From an uncultured Bacteroidales bacterium (GTDB lineage Bacteria > Bacteroidota > Bacteroidia > Bacteroidales > UBA10428), in contig CAYWUI010000015.1 of the NCBI GenBank assembly GCA_964461435.1, positions 132 to 64,131 on the forward strand: a stretch of DNA of 64,000 nucleotides, read 5' to 3'. Both the position numbers and the translations under genes were made by a program. The notes under the pieces are model-generated. The model did no database searches. It worked only from the letters and a program-made list of their open reading frames with translations, and had not been told where the DNA came from. Position 1 is the stretch's first letter. Every line of letters starts with the position of its first letter. Shown piece by piece: positions 40,228-50,204 of the stretch.

Positions 40228-40253
40228 GACAATAAAGTTATAGCAGGGTTGCA
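40228..40253 (-). promoter_or_regulatory. Putative autoregulatory ECF promoter
   Basis: Minus strand TGCAAC-N17-GTC about 70 nt upstream of the sigma gene. Confidence 0.6.
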
Positions 40254-40379
40254 TTACCCGTATAAAAAGATATAAATAATTGATGTTATAATAAACTTTG
40301 CAAAAATTCTCTGCAAAGAGTAATAACTATAAATTATCTTTGAACATATATTTACAGCAATTTAAACTATAAGAGATAT

Positions 40380-41879
40380 ATGAGCAAATATAAGTTTTGG
40401 GCAGCATATGTACTCATTTTCATGGGCTTTCAGTCTTGTGTCTGCAATATATTCAGCCAGATTGACACAAGCGAAGTACGCATCAAAAACGGAGACAGGC
40501 ATATTGCCAGCCGCACCTCGGAATTTGAAAAAATTATCGGTTGCGATGAAACAGGCTTTTACGTTCTGAGGAAAGAGTTCAGATATGCACTCGAGCATTA
40601 CGACAATGATCTTAACCTTACAAAAGCAGTGTATCCCAAGTTATTCCAGGGGCTAACAACATTTGAACTTGAATGTGCCGTCCTGTTTCACGGAGAGTTA
40701 TATTTATTTACATCCACCCAGAATTTTAAAAAGAAGGTCCTGTATGTAGAAACTGTAAATAAAAGTACATTGGAGCAAAATGGTGACAGGCATGTTTTTG
40801 CTGAGTTTCCAAATTTCTCGGGTAACTGGGCCGATTTTCATTTTATGCTTTCAAAAAGGGAACAAAAACTTATGATCTGTGGCCAGATTCTGGCATTCTG
40901 GAGAAGATCAATAATTCAGGAAATATTTGTCCTTGATAAGGATCTGGCAACCGACTGGCATATAAGAAAGACGATGTTCTTTGATCACAGGTTGCCATCT
41001 GAAAGAAAATTTCATATAGATGACAGCGGCAATGTATATTTGCTTGGACAAACATACCAGGTAGGCCTGTTCAACTTCGAGCTCGACCAGAGAAATCAGT
41101 TCGTTATTATCTCATATACAAATAAAGGAAATAATATAAACAGGTATTATATAAAACTTACCGGCAAATTTGTAAGGGAGTTATTAATGGAAACCGGGAA
41201 TGACAATAATCTTTTCTGTGCAGGTTTATATTCCGAAAGGGCCAGGTACGGGGTGTCAGGTGTTATATGCTTTACCGTAAACAATAATATCAATCAGATC
41301 ACCGGACAAAATTTTGTGCATCTTGATCCTGAAACAGGCGGAAACGTTCTGATGCCGGATGACGGATCAAAACAAATACATGTAAGTCATAAAGCTAACT
41401 ACCTGCAGGTTAGAAAAAACGGCAATTTTATCCTTGGTGTCGAACAGCAGATAGACCAAAGCTATGATAATTTTAATGAAATCCTTTTGTTTTGTTTCGG
41501 ACAAAACGGGACCCTGGCATGGAGGCAGACCATTTATAAGAAACAAACTTACAATGATCCTAGTGAATATAACTATTGTTCCTATGCACTTTTTGCCCCC
41601 CTTGATGAGAACAGAATTGAGGTCCTGTATAATGATAATGCAAAGAATTACATCGGTGAAGAGTATAAAAGGTTAAAGACATTTCATACATCAACAAAAT
41701 CTTACCTTGTTCAGGTGGAGGTTAACGAAAACGGACAGGCCAGCACCTATATTATTATGTCACGCCGCCGCCGTGATCCTGTCCCCTATGTACTTGGATT
41801 CTATGATACAAAAAAGAATGCTGTAATTCTTTTAAATAAAAAAAATATTAAATATAAGTATAGCATGCTTGAGTTTTAG
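40380..41879 (+). CDS. Hypothetical exported protein (beta-rich, possibly propeller-like)
   Basis: 499-aa ORF with signal-like N-terminus; no catalytic motif recognised. Confidence 0.5.
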   Translation: MSKYKFWAAYVLIFMGFQSCVCNIFSQIDTSEVRIKNGDRHIASRTSEFEKIIGCDETGFYVLRKEFRYALEHYDNDLNLTKAVYPKLFQGLTTFELECAVLFHGELYLFTSTQNFKKKVLYVETVNKSTLEQNGDRHVFAEFPNFSGNWADFHFMLSKREQKLMICGQILAFWRRSIIQEIFVLDKDLATDWHIRKTMFFDHRLPSERKFHIDDSGNVYLLGQTYQVGLFNFELDQRNQFVIISYTNKGNNINRYYIKLTGKFVRELLMETGNDNNLFCAGLYSERARYGVSGVICFTVNNNINQITGQNFVHLDPETGGNVLMPDDGSKQIHVSHKANYLQVRKNGNFILGVEQQIDQSYDNFNEILLFCFGQNGTLAWRQTIYKKQTYNDPSEYNYCSYALFAPLDENRIEVLYNDNAKNYIGEEYKRLKTFHTSTKSYLVQVEVNENGQASTYIIMSRRRRDPVPYVLGFYDTKKNAVILLNKKNIKYKYSMLEF

Positions 41880-41915
41880 AATAGATTTTTTCAGGCTAAG
41901 ATGAGGTGGTTATTT

Positions 41916-44900
41916 CTATACGCGTATTCCCATAACCAGAATATCATCAATCTGATCATATTTACCCTTCCAGCCTGCAAATGACTCTTCAAGGATATTT
42001 TTTTGCTCGCCCAGCTGCTTATGATGAATTTCCAAAAGCAATTCTCTGAAACGGCGGGCTCCGAATTTTTTCTTGTGCTCACCTCCAAACTGGTCCATAT
42101 ACCCGTCTGAAAAAATATATAACATATCATTCTTTTGCAGTTGGATTTTATGATTGCTGAACGGTTTATCATACCTGGCTGATATTCCTATAGGCATTTT
42201 ATCCGCCTTTACCTCCCGGAGCTTTTTATCTCTTATTATGTATAATGAATTATGTGCTCCTGAATACTGAAGCATTTTTGATTCAAGATTAATAATAATC
42301 AAAGCAATATCCATACCGTCCTTGGCTTCATCTTCCCTGCCTGTTTGATGTAACGAGCTCATTATATTATTTCTGAGTTGCCCCAGTATCTCGTGTGATC
42401 TTGCCGTAGCAGTCTTATTTACTATTTCGTTCAGAAATGCAATTCCAAGCATGCTCATAAATGCGCCGGGCACACCGTGACCCGTGCAATCAGCTACTGC
42501 AATTATGCTCTCATCCTCTCTCTGGGTAGTCCAATAATAGTCACCGCTGACAATATCCCTGGGTATATTTAAAATAAAATGCTGGGGTACAATCCTTGTA
42601 ACATACTCTTCCGGGGGAAGGACTGCTTTCTGTATTCTGCTTGCATATCTGATGCTGTCAGTAATTTGTTGTTTCTGGTAAGAAATAACCTTATTCTTTG
42701 CAATAAGTTCGGTGTTTGCTTTTTTCTTCTGAACATACTGTTTGTAAATCATGCAAATAAAGATGATTAGTATTATTAATCCCATTAAACCTGCCAGTAT
42801 GATAAATCGCTGTCGTTTTGTTCTTTCTTTTTCATTTGATAATTCAAGGTTTTTTATTTCCAGCTCCTTTTGTCTTCTGATAGACTCATATTCAGCCAAA
42901 AGTTTCTGTTTCTGAATTTGTCTCCTCAGAGCAGCTATCAGTACCCCCTTGTCTTCTTCTCTTTCTTTTGATATACCTTCAAAAATCTGGGTTTTCTCAT
43001 CCTGAATAGTATGCTTTAAGTCAGCAAAAAGCTTCTCATATTCATAAGCTTTTTTATAATCGTTGAGTAAAGAATAAACCTCTGAGAATGCCCTGTTGTT
43101 TCTTGCAACAACTTCGGGATAATTAATTTCACCAGCCAGCTCACTACTCTGTTTGTAGTATTCTATAGCCTGGTTATATTCCTTTAATCCTTTATATGCA
43201 TTGCCAATATTATGTAAGGAAGCTGCTATACCCCTTTTGTAACCTATACCCTGCTTAATCTCTATCGACTGTTTATAAAAATCTATGGCTTTTCTGTATT
43301 TGTTCCAGTCATAATTAATGTTTCCAATATTATTGAGTGCTATGGAAACCTGTTTTTGGTCACCTATCTTCCTGGTAACATCAAGTGACTGTTCATATAA
43401 CTCTTTTGCATCATTATATTCTCCCAGGTTATAATACATACTGCCCATGTTATTCAGGGTGGCAGCAACATTCTCCTCCCTGTTAAGATCCTTATCTATC
43501 TCAAGCGATTTTTGATAATTCTCAATAGCTTTGCCAGGATCATTTTGTTCAATATATATGTTTGCTATTTTATCGTACATTAATGATTCTTCTTCCTTTT
43601 CATTCAGGTTTTTTGAAATATCCAGGGATTGTTCATAAAATTTAACAGCTTTCTCATACTGATAAGTGTTTTCATATACCTGTCCGATATTATCCAGAAT
43701 TACTGCAGATACTTTTTTATTTCCCAGTTCTTCGCTTATTTTATATGATTCTTCATAATTCTCTACCGCTGTTTCGTATCTTCCTGAATCATAATAAGTT
43801 ACAGCTATGTCGTTCAGGATTATTGATGCTCCTTCAAGATCACCTGTTTCCTTTTTTAGATTAAGTGATTTATTATAGTATTCCAATGCTTTGCCCAACT
43901 GGTTATCATCATGATATAAATTGCCAATTTTACTTGATATTTCGCCTGCTCCTTTCTTATCACCGGACCTCTCTCTATCCTTCATTGCATTCAAATATTT
44001 GCTTATTTTTTCTTTGCTGAATTCTTCCACAACTCCTGAATCCCTGATAACAGCATCTTCCTCTGATTTTCCTGCAGCCTCTTCTTTTTTTTCTTCAGCT
44101 GAGCTGAGTGTAAGATCTAATTCCTTTGCTTTTTTTGACGGATATTTTTCTTTCTCTTTCTGCTGCTCTTTCTCCTGCGCTTTATTTTTCTCAATCTGCA
44201 ATTTAGCAGCTTCCCTTGCTGCCTCCTCAGCCACGACGGTTTCCTGTACTTTATTGTAGCGAGGTTCTTCTTTTGTTTGTGCAAGAAGCCTACTTATTTC
44301 TTCAATTTTGGTTTTTGGAGACTGCTCGTCAGGCAGAATATTAAGTGCCTTAGTAAGATTCGACTTTGCATTTTCATAATCACCGTTTCTCATATTTTCA
44401 TCTGCTGACGATAATAGCCTGTCAAATGCATTTTTCTTCTCAATAAAAATCTGAGTATAAATAGAATCAATAGCATTAATCATGGTGAGTGAATAACTAT
44501 CCTCAGGCCTGTATAACATAGCTTTCTTATAAAATTCTGCTGCCTGTTTAAAGTTCTCGTTACTGTAATAATAATCACCCTTTTCCACTGAGTTTTTATA
44601 ATTATCTTCAGTCGATTTTTCTACTTTTATTATTTTATTAATTTTTTTAATCTGCGATTTTGGGTATTGTTCATCCGGAAAGTACTGTAATGCATTATCA
44701 TACGCTATCCATGCATCTTCGTAATTTGAACTTTTCATTAAATTATCGGCTGCTATTACCTGTTTGTTATATTCCTTTTGTTTTAATACTGACAGTTGAT
44801 TGATTATTTCTTCAATTTGTTCATCTATCCCGGCCTCAAATTCCCTGACCGGATAAAACAGCCAGCTGCTCCTTTCAAATACATATTTTTTTACAGGTTG

Positions 44901-45293
44901 ATTAAATACGGTTGTATTCAGGCCCTGAACCATCTCAATCATCTCTATCTGCAGGTCAAAAAAACCTTCAGTAATGCCCCCTGCCTTAATAATATCTTCA
45001 TCAATCCTGGTTGAAATAATTATCTTCTTTGTTATATAACCTTCTTTGGAAGTCTCCATAATATAATCCTCGCCATAGTCCAGTAAAAAACCGAACCTTC
45101 CGTTTCTTTTTGAAATAACTTGTGACTCCATACGTGAATCTAAGAGGACATTAATTACGGCTCCGCTTAACGTTTTGCCATTATGCAAAACAACACCCTC
45201 GACTTCCAGTTGAGGAGAGTTTTGTGCATATGAGCCAGAAGTGACGATAAAAATTGAAGCAAAAAAAACAGAGATATAAGTATTAAATTTCAT
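41916..45293 (-). CDS. TPR-repeat transmembrane SpoIIE/PP2C phosphatase
   Basis: Signal peptide, prealbumin-like fold, many TPRs, one TM, then VSGDYY, VADCTGHGVPGA, DGMD, SDGYMDQFGG and DDILV. Confidence 0.85.
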   Translation of the reverse strand: MKFNTYISVFFASIFIVTSGSYAQNSPQLEVEGVVLHNGKTLSGAVINVLLDSRMESQVISKRNGRFGFLLDYGEDYIMETSKEGYITKKIIISTRIDEDIIKAGGITEGFFDLQIEMIEMVQGLNTTVFNQPVKKYVFERSSWLFYPVREFEAGIDEQIEEIINQLSVLKQKEYNKQVIAADNLMKSSNYEDAWIAYDNALQYFPDEQYPKSQIKKINKIIKVEKSTEDNYKNSVEKGDYYYSNENFKQAAEFYKKAMLYRPEDSYSLTMINAIDSIYTQIFIEKKNAFDRLLSSADENMRNGDYENAKSNLTKALNILPDEQSPKTKIEEISRLLAQTKEEPRYNKVQETVVAEEAAREAAKLQIEKNKAQEKEQQKEKEKYPSKKAKELDLTLSSAEEKKEEAAGKSEEDAVIRDSGVVEEFSKEKISKYLNAMKDRERSGDKKGAGEISSKIGNLYHDDNQLGKALEYYNKSLNLKKETGDLEGASIILNDIAVTYYDSGRYETAVENYEESYKISEELGNKKVSAVILDNIGQVYENTYQYEKAVKFYEQSLDISKNLNEKEEESLMYDKIANIYIEQNDPGKAIENYQKSLEIDKDLNREENVAATLNNMGSMYYNLGEYNDAKELYEQSLDVTRKIGDQKQVSIALNNIGNINYDWNKYRKAIDFYKQSIEIKQGIGYKRGIAASLHNIGNAYKGLKEYNQAIEYYKQSSELAGEINYPEVVARNNRAFSEVYSLLNDYKKAYEYEKLFADLKHTIQDEKTQIFEGISKEREEDKGVLIAALRRQIQKQKLLAEYESIRRQKELEIKNLELSNEKERTKRQRFIILAGLMGLIILIIFICMIYKQYVQKKKANTELIAKNKVISYQKQQITDSIRYASRIQKAVLPPEEYVTRIVPQHFILNIPRDIVSGDYYWTTQREDESIIAVADCTGHGVPGAFMSMLGIAFLNEIVNKTATARSHEILGQLRNNIMSSLHQTGREDEAKDGMDIALIIINLESKMLQYSGAHNSLYIIRDKKLREVKADKMPIGISARYDKPFSNHKIQLQKNDMLYIFSDGYMDQFGGEHKKKFGARRFRELLLEIHHKQLGEQKNILEESFAGWKGKYDQIDDILVMGIRV

Positions 45294-45468
45294 CAAACTT
45301 ATATTCAACAGGATAATTATAAAGTCTGTGTAAATGTCAATTTACAACGTTTTTAGTAAAATCTCAAATTGTAAATTGTTAATATCTGATTAAAATTAGT
45401 TAATTACGAATAAAATTCAGTATAGAAAAAGAATAATACAGTCAATAAAAATATTTGGCAGCATATCT

Positions 45469-46746
45469 TCAGTATAAAAGAACCTTCTCACTGAATATCT
45501 TATTGTCAGATAAAAAAACCAGAAAGTATATTCCAGGTAACAGGTTACCTGTATTTAAAATAAGTTGCCTGTTCCCCGGGGGTGCAATTTTTTCAACCCC
45601 GATAATACTGCCTTGCATATCAACCAGGTACACCTTATTAATAAACCCATCATTTATTTTTATTTGCAGCAAATTAGCGGTATGATCCTGAAGTATCTCA
45701 ACCTCCTGTAATTGTTGTTCTTCAGTTGTTGCCGAAAAATAATCATATCCGCAGCCTTTAAGCATAAGTCCGGTTGCCTGCCTGATATAAGTCAATTCAT
45801 TATACAGGGAGTCACCCGGACAAAGGGTGCTGCATCCGTCCCTGTGGCCGGCAATGACATGTAATTCTGGATTCAGGGGATGCGGATTGATACCATATGG
45901 ATTCAGGCTGTCTCTGGCTGTTTTCCATGCCAGTAAATTAATTAAGGCACTCACTGACTCCTGCGTTGGCTTTACATCCATATAATTACCCAGTATGCAG
46001 ATACCCATAGTCCCTGTATTACTGCTGCAGAAATGCGCTCCCATAACATTATCCTGCTCATACATACCGGGATCTCTGCCTTTGAATATTGTCCCGTCCT
46101 GAGCAATCAAATAGTTGTAACCGATATCTGACCATCCGTTAACAAGGGTATGACTTAAATATATGTTCCTTACCACATTAGTATAATCGGTGAGATCGTT
46201 GGATGTTGCCGAATGGTGAATTATGATATTGCGAACCTCCTGTATGATGCGCTCATAGTCCGGTTCAGGGAGGCCTTCACGCCATATATCCTGATCAGTC
46301 ATCTCCGGTTCTGAACAGTCTGAAGCTTTTTTTTTTCGTCTTTCTTTTCTTAAGACTTTCTTTGACGGTGAAGCATTGATGCAATTAAACTCAGCTTCTT
46401 TTTTAATAGCACCCGGATAAAAAAGGAACTCAGATATCTTATGTTTAAATACAATTAAATTGCCTGTTAAAAATCCGGTTGTATCTTTTACATGTTCTTC
46501 CTTTATAAGCATGAAGGTGTCATTTTCAGCAACAATATATGAATTGTCAAAACTGCCGGAAGTATCTATTCTCACCACCAGGGCTGTCATAGGAAATTCA
46601 GGGGAAATTAAAATCAATGTGTCAGCAGTTGACTTGGTTTCATTTACGGAGGGAATACCGAGCTTCATTTTCTTAATATATTGCCCGTATCCGCTTAACG
46701 CCAGAAAACACATTATTAGCAGTCCGGTTGCTCTTATTCTATTCAT
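45469..46746 (-). CDS. PGRP-type N-acetylmuramoyl-L-alanine amidase with T9SS CTD
   Basis: IIIHHSA, WSDIGYNYLI, GAHF and GHRD..STLCPG; C-terminal LLPGIYFL. Confidence 0.85.
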   Translation of the reverse strand: MNRIRATGLLIMCFLALSGYGQYIKKMKLGIPSVNETKSTADTLILISPEFPMTALVVRIDTSGSFDNSYIVAENDTFMLIKEEHVKDTTGFLTGNLIVFKHKISEFLFYPGAIKKEAEFNCINASPSKKVLRKERRKKKASDCSEPEMTDQDIWREGLPEPDYERIIQEVRNIIIHHSATSNDLTDYTNVVRNIYLSHTLVNGWSDIGYNYLIAQDGTIFKGRDPGMYEQDNVMGAHFCSSNTGTMGICILGNYMDVKPTQESVSALINLLAWKTARDSLNPYGINPHPLNPELHVIAGHRDGCSTLCPGDSLYNELTYIRQATGLMLKGCGYDYFSATTEEQQLQEVEILQDHTANLLQIKINDGFINKVYLVDMQGSIIGVEKIAPPGNRQLILNTGNLLPGIYFLVFLSDNKIFSEKVLLY

Positions 46747-46937
46747 ACAACTGCCTGTCCTGATTCTTAAGTTTAAAATTTTTATAAACACCTGGCTTAA
46801 GTTTCAATATTTTAACAAATTTAAGGATACTGACTAAATAAACAGTGTCTTAATTTAATTATTGTTTATTATCTTGTTTAATTGTAACTTATGATTTAAA
46901 TATATTTGATAAGGATTTGTAAGATCAAAAATAAAAA

Positions 46938-49268
46938 ATGTTAAGATCCGGTATTTTATTTCTGTATTTTATTATCGCATATGCCCCAGACATAGTATCA
47001 CAGGATTTTTCCTATAAAGAGAAAAAGGAATTTAAATCATTCGGTGATTATGTGATGCAGGCTGAATATTCTCCGTTCAGAAATTATTTCGCTATAACAG
47101 CAGGAGATAATTCAATTGAAATATATGATAAAAACTGGAATAAAATTTTCACTCATCAGGGCAATCCCGATTCCAGGGGAGGACACTTTGCATTCTCGCC
47201 GAATGAAAAATACCTGGCTTATGCCAAATATAAAAGTGATAATGATGTTGCCATTATAGATCTGGGTGATAAGAAGGTAATACAGGTATTAACCGGTCAT
47301 TCAGATGATATAAATGACATCACATACAGTAACAACGGGAACTACCTTGCTACCTGCAGCCAGGATAATACGATAAGAGTCTGGAAACGGGAAAACGATA
47401 TTTTCGTGCCAGGCCAGGTTCTTACAGAACACAATAACGTGGTGACCGGAATCAGTTTCAGTTTTGATAATACATTGCTGGCATCTTCGGGATTTGACAG
47501 TAAGATAGTTATCCGTGAGCTAAAAGGGGGCAAATTTGTCGTTTTGCAGGAATTAACGGATTTCAAAGGATACATTAATGATGTGGTCTTTCATCCCCAA
47601 AAATATGAACTTTTAGTAGCTACATACCAGGGGCCTGTTATCCTGAAAAAGTCAGGTAATAAATTTTTTAGCAGGGAGTTACCTGCCAACGACATAAAAA
47701 CGAACAGTAAAATAGAATATAGTCCCGATGGCAGATACATAGTATTCGGACAAAATACAAGATTAAAGATATATGAAGATACAGGTGCTGATCTTAAGGA
47801 GGTTGAAACAATTTACAGGCACAGTGATTATGTTTTCGGGGGCATTTTCAGCATGGACGGAAAATTTCTTACTTCTTTCAGCTCGGATAAAACTGCTGTT
47901 ATCTGGGAGGTGACGGGCGTGGAGCCGTCGGGAAAATCACTGATAGTAAGTTACCTTGGGGATGAGCTCTCTTCGGCACAAAAAGAAGTTCTTACTTCAG
48001 AAGTTGTCAATGAAATACTGGATAAGCTAAGCACTAATCTTACAAGTCCCCGTGATGAATTTGAAACAACGGCCGAGTTCACTGAAAGGCGAAAACAACT
48101 TTCTGGGTCAGTTTTACTGGAGTTACAGAAACAAATTGAATCAAATTATAATATTGATTATGACAGTAAAACAGGAACAGTGCAAATACCTGTACAATCT
48201 TTAATCGGGTATAATGCGGATATTGAAATATATAAAATAAGATTCCTGGAGACAGAAGCAGGGATTAATATACCGGTGGCAGATGCAATGGCATTTAAAA
48301 AACACTGGGATAAATCATATATTAATGCCACAAAAAAAATAAGGGCGGACGGACTGTGTTTTGAATATTCAGATTTTAAACTTATTCCTTATAACTCATC
48401 TTCCCGTTTTAAAGTCATTCCATCTGAGAATCCTTTTCATCTAAAAGTGAACGGGAGCAGAAACAGGATGTACGGTTATACGGAGGCAAATGTTCAGGCT
48501 CCGGATACTGTTATAAATAAATCCGGAAAAAAGGGAGATCAAGGTATAACAATGGCTCTGTTCTTTGCCAATAGCATATACGATTCATTTTCCGATCTTA
48601 TTAATCCGGTTATTGACATGAATACAATTGCGGAAGAGCTGCGCAATAATTATGGTGTCAGTACTGAAGTCATTGAAAATGCAAATCTGAATGAAATTTT
48701 AAATAAACTCCGCAGCTATGCAAAATATGACTATTCGGAAAATGATAACCTTTTGATATTTTTTGCAGGGCATGGCAATTATGATGAAATATTCCATGAA
48801 GGATATGTAATAGCAAGTGATTCAAAGCTCGATGATGAACCAAAAATAACATGCCTGTCGCATTCAAATCTCAGGACTATCATAAATAACATACCTTGTA
48901 ACCATATCCTGCTTGTAATGGATGTATGTTTCGGCGGGACATTCGATCCGGTTATTGCCGGACGAAGCAGGGCTGCTGATATTTATGCAGACATCTCCGA
49001 TGAAGAGTTTATATCGCGTAAAAAGAAATACAAAACCCGCCTTTACATAACTTCAGGTGGCAAGGAATATGTTCCTGATGGAAGGCCGGGCCACCATTCA
49101 CCCTTTGCAAGGAGATTCATCGAAGCTTTAAGAAATTATGGAGGCACGGATAAAATACTGACTGTAAATGAATTGCTGCTTTTCATCGAAAAAGTTGAGC
49201 CCCAGCCTTGCTACGGTGAGTTTGGAGATAATGAACCCGGCAGTGATTTTTTGTTGATTTCTAAATAA
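46938..49268 (+). CDS. WD40-repeat + caspase-like (peptidase C14) protein
   Basis: GHSDDIN, DNTIRVW and DKTAVIW WD repeats; FFAGHG (His) and MDVCFGG (Cys); HSPFA. Confidence 0.85.
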   Translation: MLRSGILFLYFIIAYAPDIVSQDFSYKEKKEFKSFGDYVMQAEYSPFRNYFAITAGDNSIEIYDKNWNKIFTHQGNPDSRGGHFAFSPNEKYLAYAKYKSDNDVAIIDLGDKKVIQVLTGHSDDINDITYSNNGNYLATCSQDNTIRVWKRENDIFVPGQVLTEHNNVVTGISFSFDNTLLASSGFDSKIVIRELKGGKFVVLQELTDFKGYINDVVFHPQKYELLVATYQGPVILKKSGNKFFSRELPANDIKTNSKIEYSPDGRYIVFGQNTRLKIYEDTGADLKEVETIYRHSDYVFGGIFSMDGKFLTSFSSDKTAVIWEVTGVEPSGKSLIVSYLGDELSSAQKEVLTSEVVNEILDKLSTNLTSPRDEFETTAEFTERRKQLSGSVLLELQKQIESNYNIDYDSKTGTVQIPVQSLIGYNADIEIYKIRFLETEAGINIPVADAMAFKKHWDKSYINATKKIRADGLCFEYSDFKLIPYNSSSRFKVIPSENPFHLKVNGSRNRMYGYTEANVQAPDTVINKSGKKGDQGITMALFFANSIYDSFSDLINPVIDMNTIAEELRNNYGVSTEVIENANLNEILNKLRSYAKYDYSENDNLLIFFAGHGNYDEIFHEGYVIASDSKLDDEPKITCLSHSNLRTIINNIPCNHILLVMDVCFGGTFDPVIAGRSRAADIYADISDEEFISRKKKYKTRLYITSGGKEYVPDGRPGHHSPFARRFIEALRNYGGTDKILTVNELLLFIEKVEPQPCYGEFGDNEPGSDFLLISK

Positions 49269-49281
49269 TATTAACCGGAAG

Positions 49282-50092
49282 TTAAGTTTCCCGGCCTTCA
49301 ATTTTTTTCAGGTAGTACTTTTTGTTTTTATACCCGGTTTCCACAAGCTCTCCCTTTGCAATAAGGTTATCTATAACGGCAAACGATTTTTTGGATTTTT
49401 TTAGAAGTGCGTATACTGTATCCTGTCCCATGGGATGAACAGCAGTAATGCTTAAGATATCATCCTCGATATTACCGGTAAAGGCAAACTCATTACCCTC
49501 ATTACCGGTTAAACACCCGACATTCTTTATCTTCTCCTTAAATATCTGATAACATTCATTTGTAACCTGTGCATCAGGAGGTCTCACAGACTTTAATGCC
49601 GGAGGCCTTAAGGGGATAGTAAGGTATGCAGCATCGGGATTCAGAACATTAATAAACCCGGCAATATCATTTATATTACTGGAATTATCATTAATATTCC
49701 TTACAAGCATAGTCTCTGTAATATATTTTCCCCTGAAAATATCCCTGAATGCAAGTAACCCATCCAGCACTGAAGAATGCTCAATAGCTTTATTGGGACG
49801 ATTTAAGGAGGTTAATGGCTTTGCCGGGGTTTATATCCAGGGTAGGCTCGCCATCAGGCACAAAAGTCAAATAATCAATATGCTCATCGTGATCTCCGGC
49901 TTTCTCAATCTTATCACTGACGATCTTAAAAATTAATTCAGGAGCATAAAATTCACGCCTTGTGACACAATTGTTTAAAGTCTTGCCTGGCTGGCAATAA
50001 ACGCATGAATAAGAACAGTACTTGGGAGGTATATTATTTATTCCAAGGCTTTTTCCTAACCTGCGCGATGGTATTGGTCCGAATGCTATCAT
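49282..50092 (-). pseudogene. Radical SAM protein pseudogene (internal deletion with frameshift)
   Basis: N-part FGPIPSRRLG...CSYSCVYC...DGEPTL stops at 49790. C-part (N)RPNK...TETMLV is in another frame. The family segment between LLK and NRP is missing. Confidence 0.75.
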
Positions 50093-50143
50093 TATTTAAA
50101 TATTAATCCTGATTTAAAAAATCATTACAAAATTAAAAAAAAA

Positions 50144-50175
50144 TTTGGATTATGAACATATGTTCATTATATTTG
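50144..50175 (+). promoter_or_regulatory. Bacteroidetes primary-sigma promoter
   Basis: TTTG (50144-47), N20, TATATTTG (50168-75). Confidence 0.75.
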
Positions 50176-50190
50176 TGAACCCATGTTCAT
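50152..50190. promoter_or_regulatory. Tandem palindromic operator sites
   Basis: ATGAACATATGTTCAT (perfect, 50152-67) and GTGAACCCATGTTCAT (13/16, 50175-90) flank the -7 element. Confidence 0.7.
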
Positions 50191-50204
50191 AATTATTTAA
50201 TAAT

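Noticed and set aside
40296-40318. CTTTGCA-N9-TGCAAAG inverted repeat between the ECF gene and the 40380 ORF
   Set aside because: Only 7-bp arms and no second instance.
45329-45346. TGTAAA-N6-TTTACA palindrome (TyrR-box-like) upstream of the TPR-PP2C gene
   Set aside because: Single occurrence in AT-rich DNA, and no TyrR-type regulator is expected or seen; may be chance.
49770-49810. Programmed frameshift joining the two radical SAM ORFs
   Set aside because: No slippery site, and about 45 family residues are missing, so frameshifting could not restore the enzyme.
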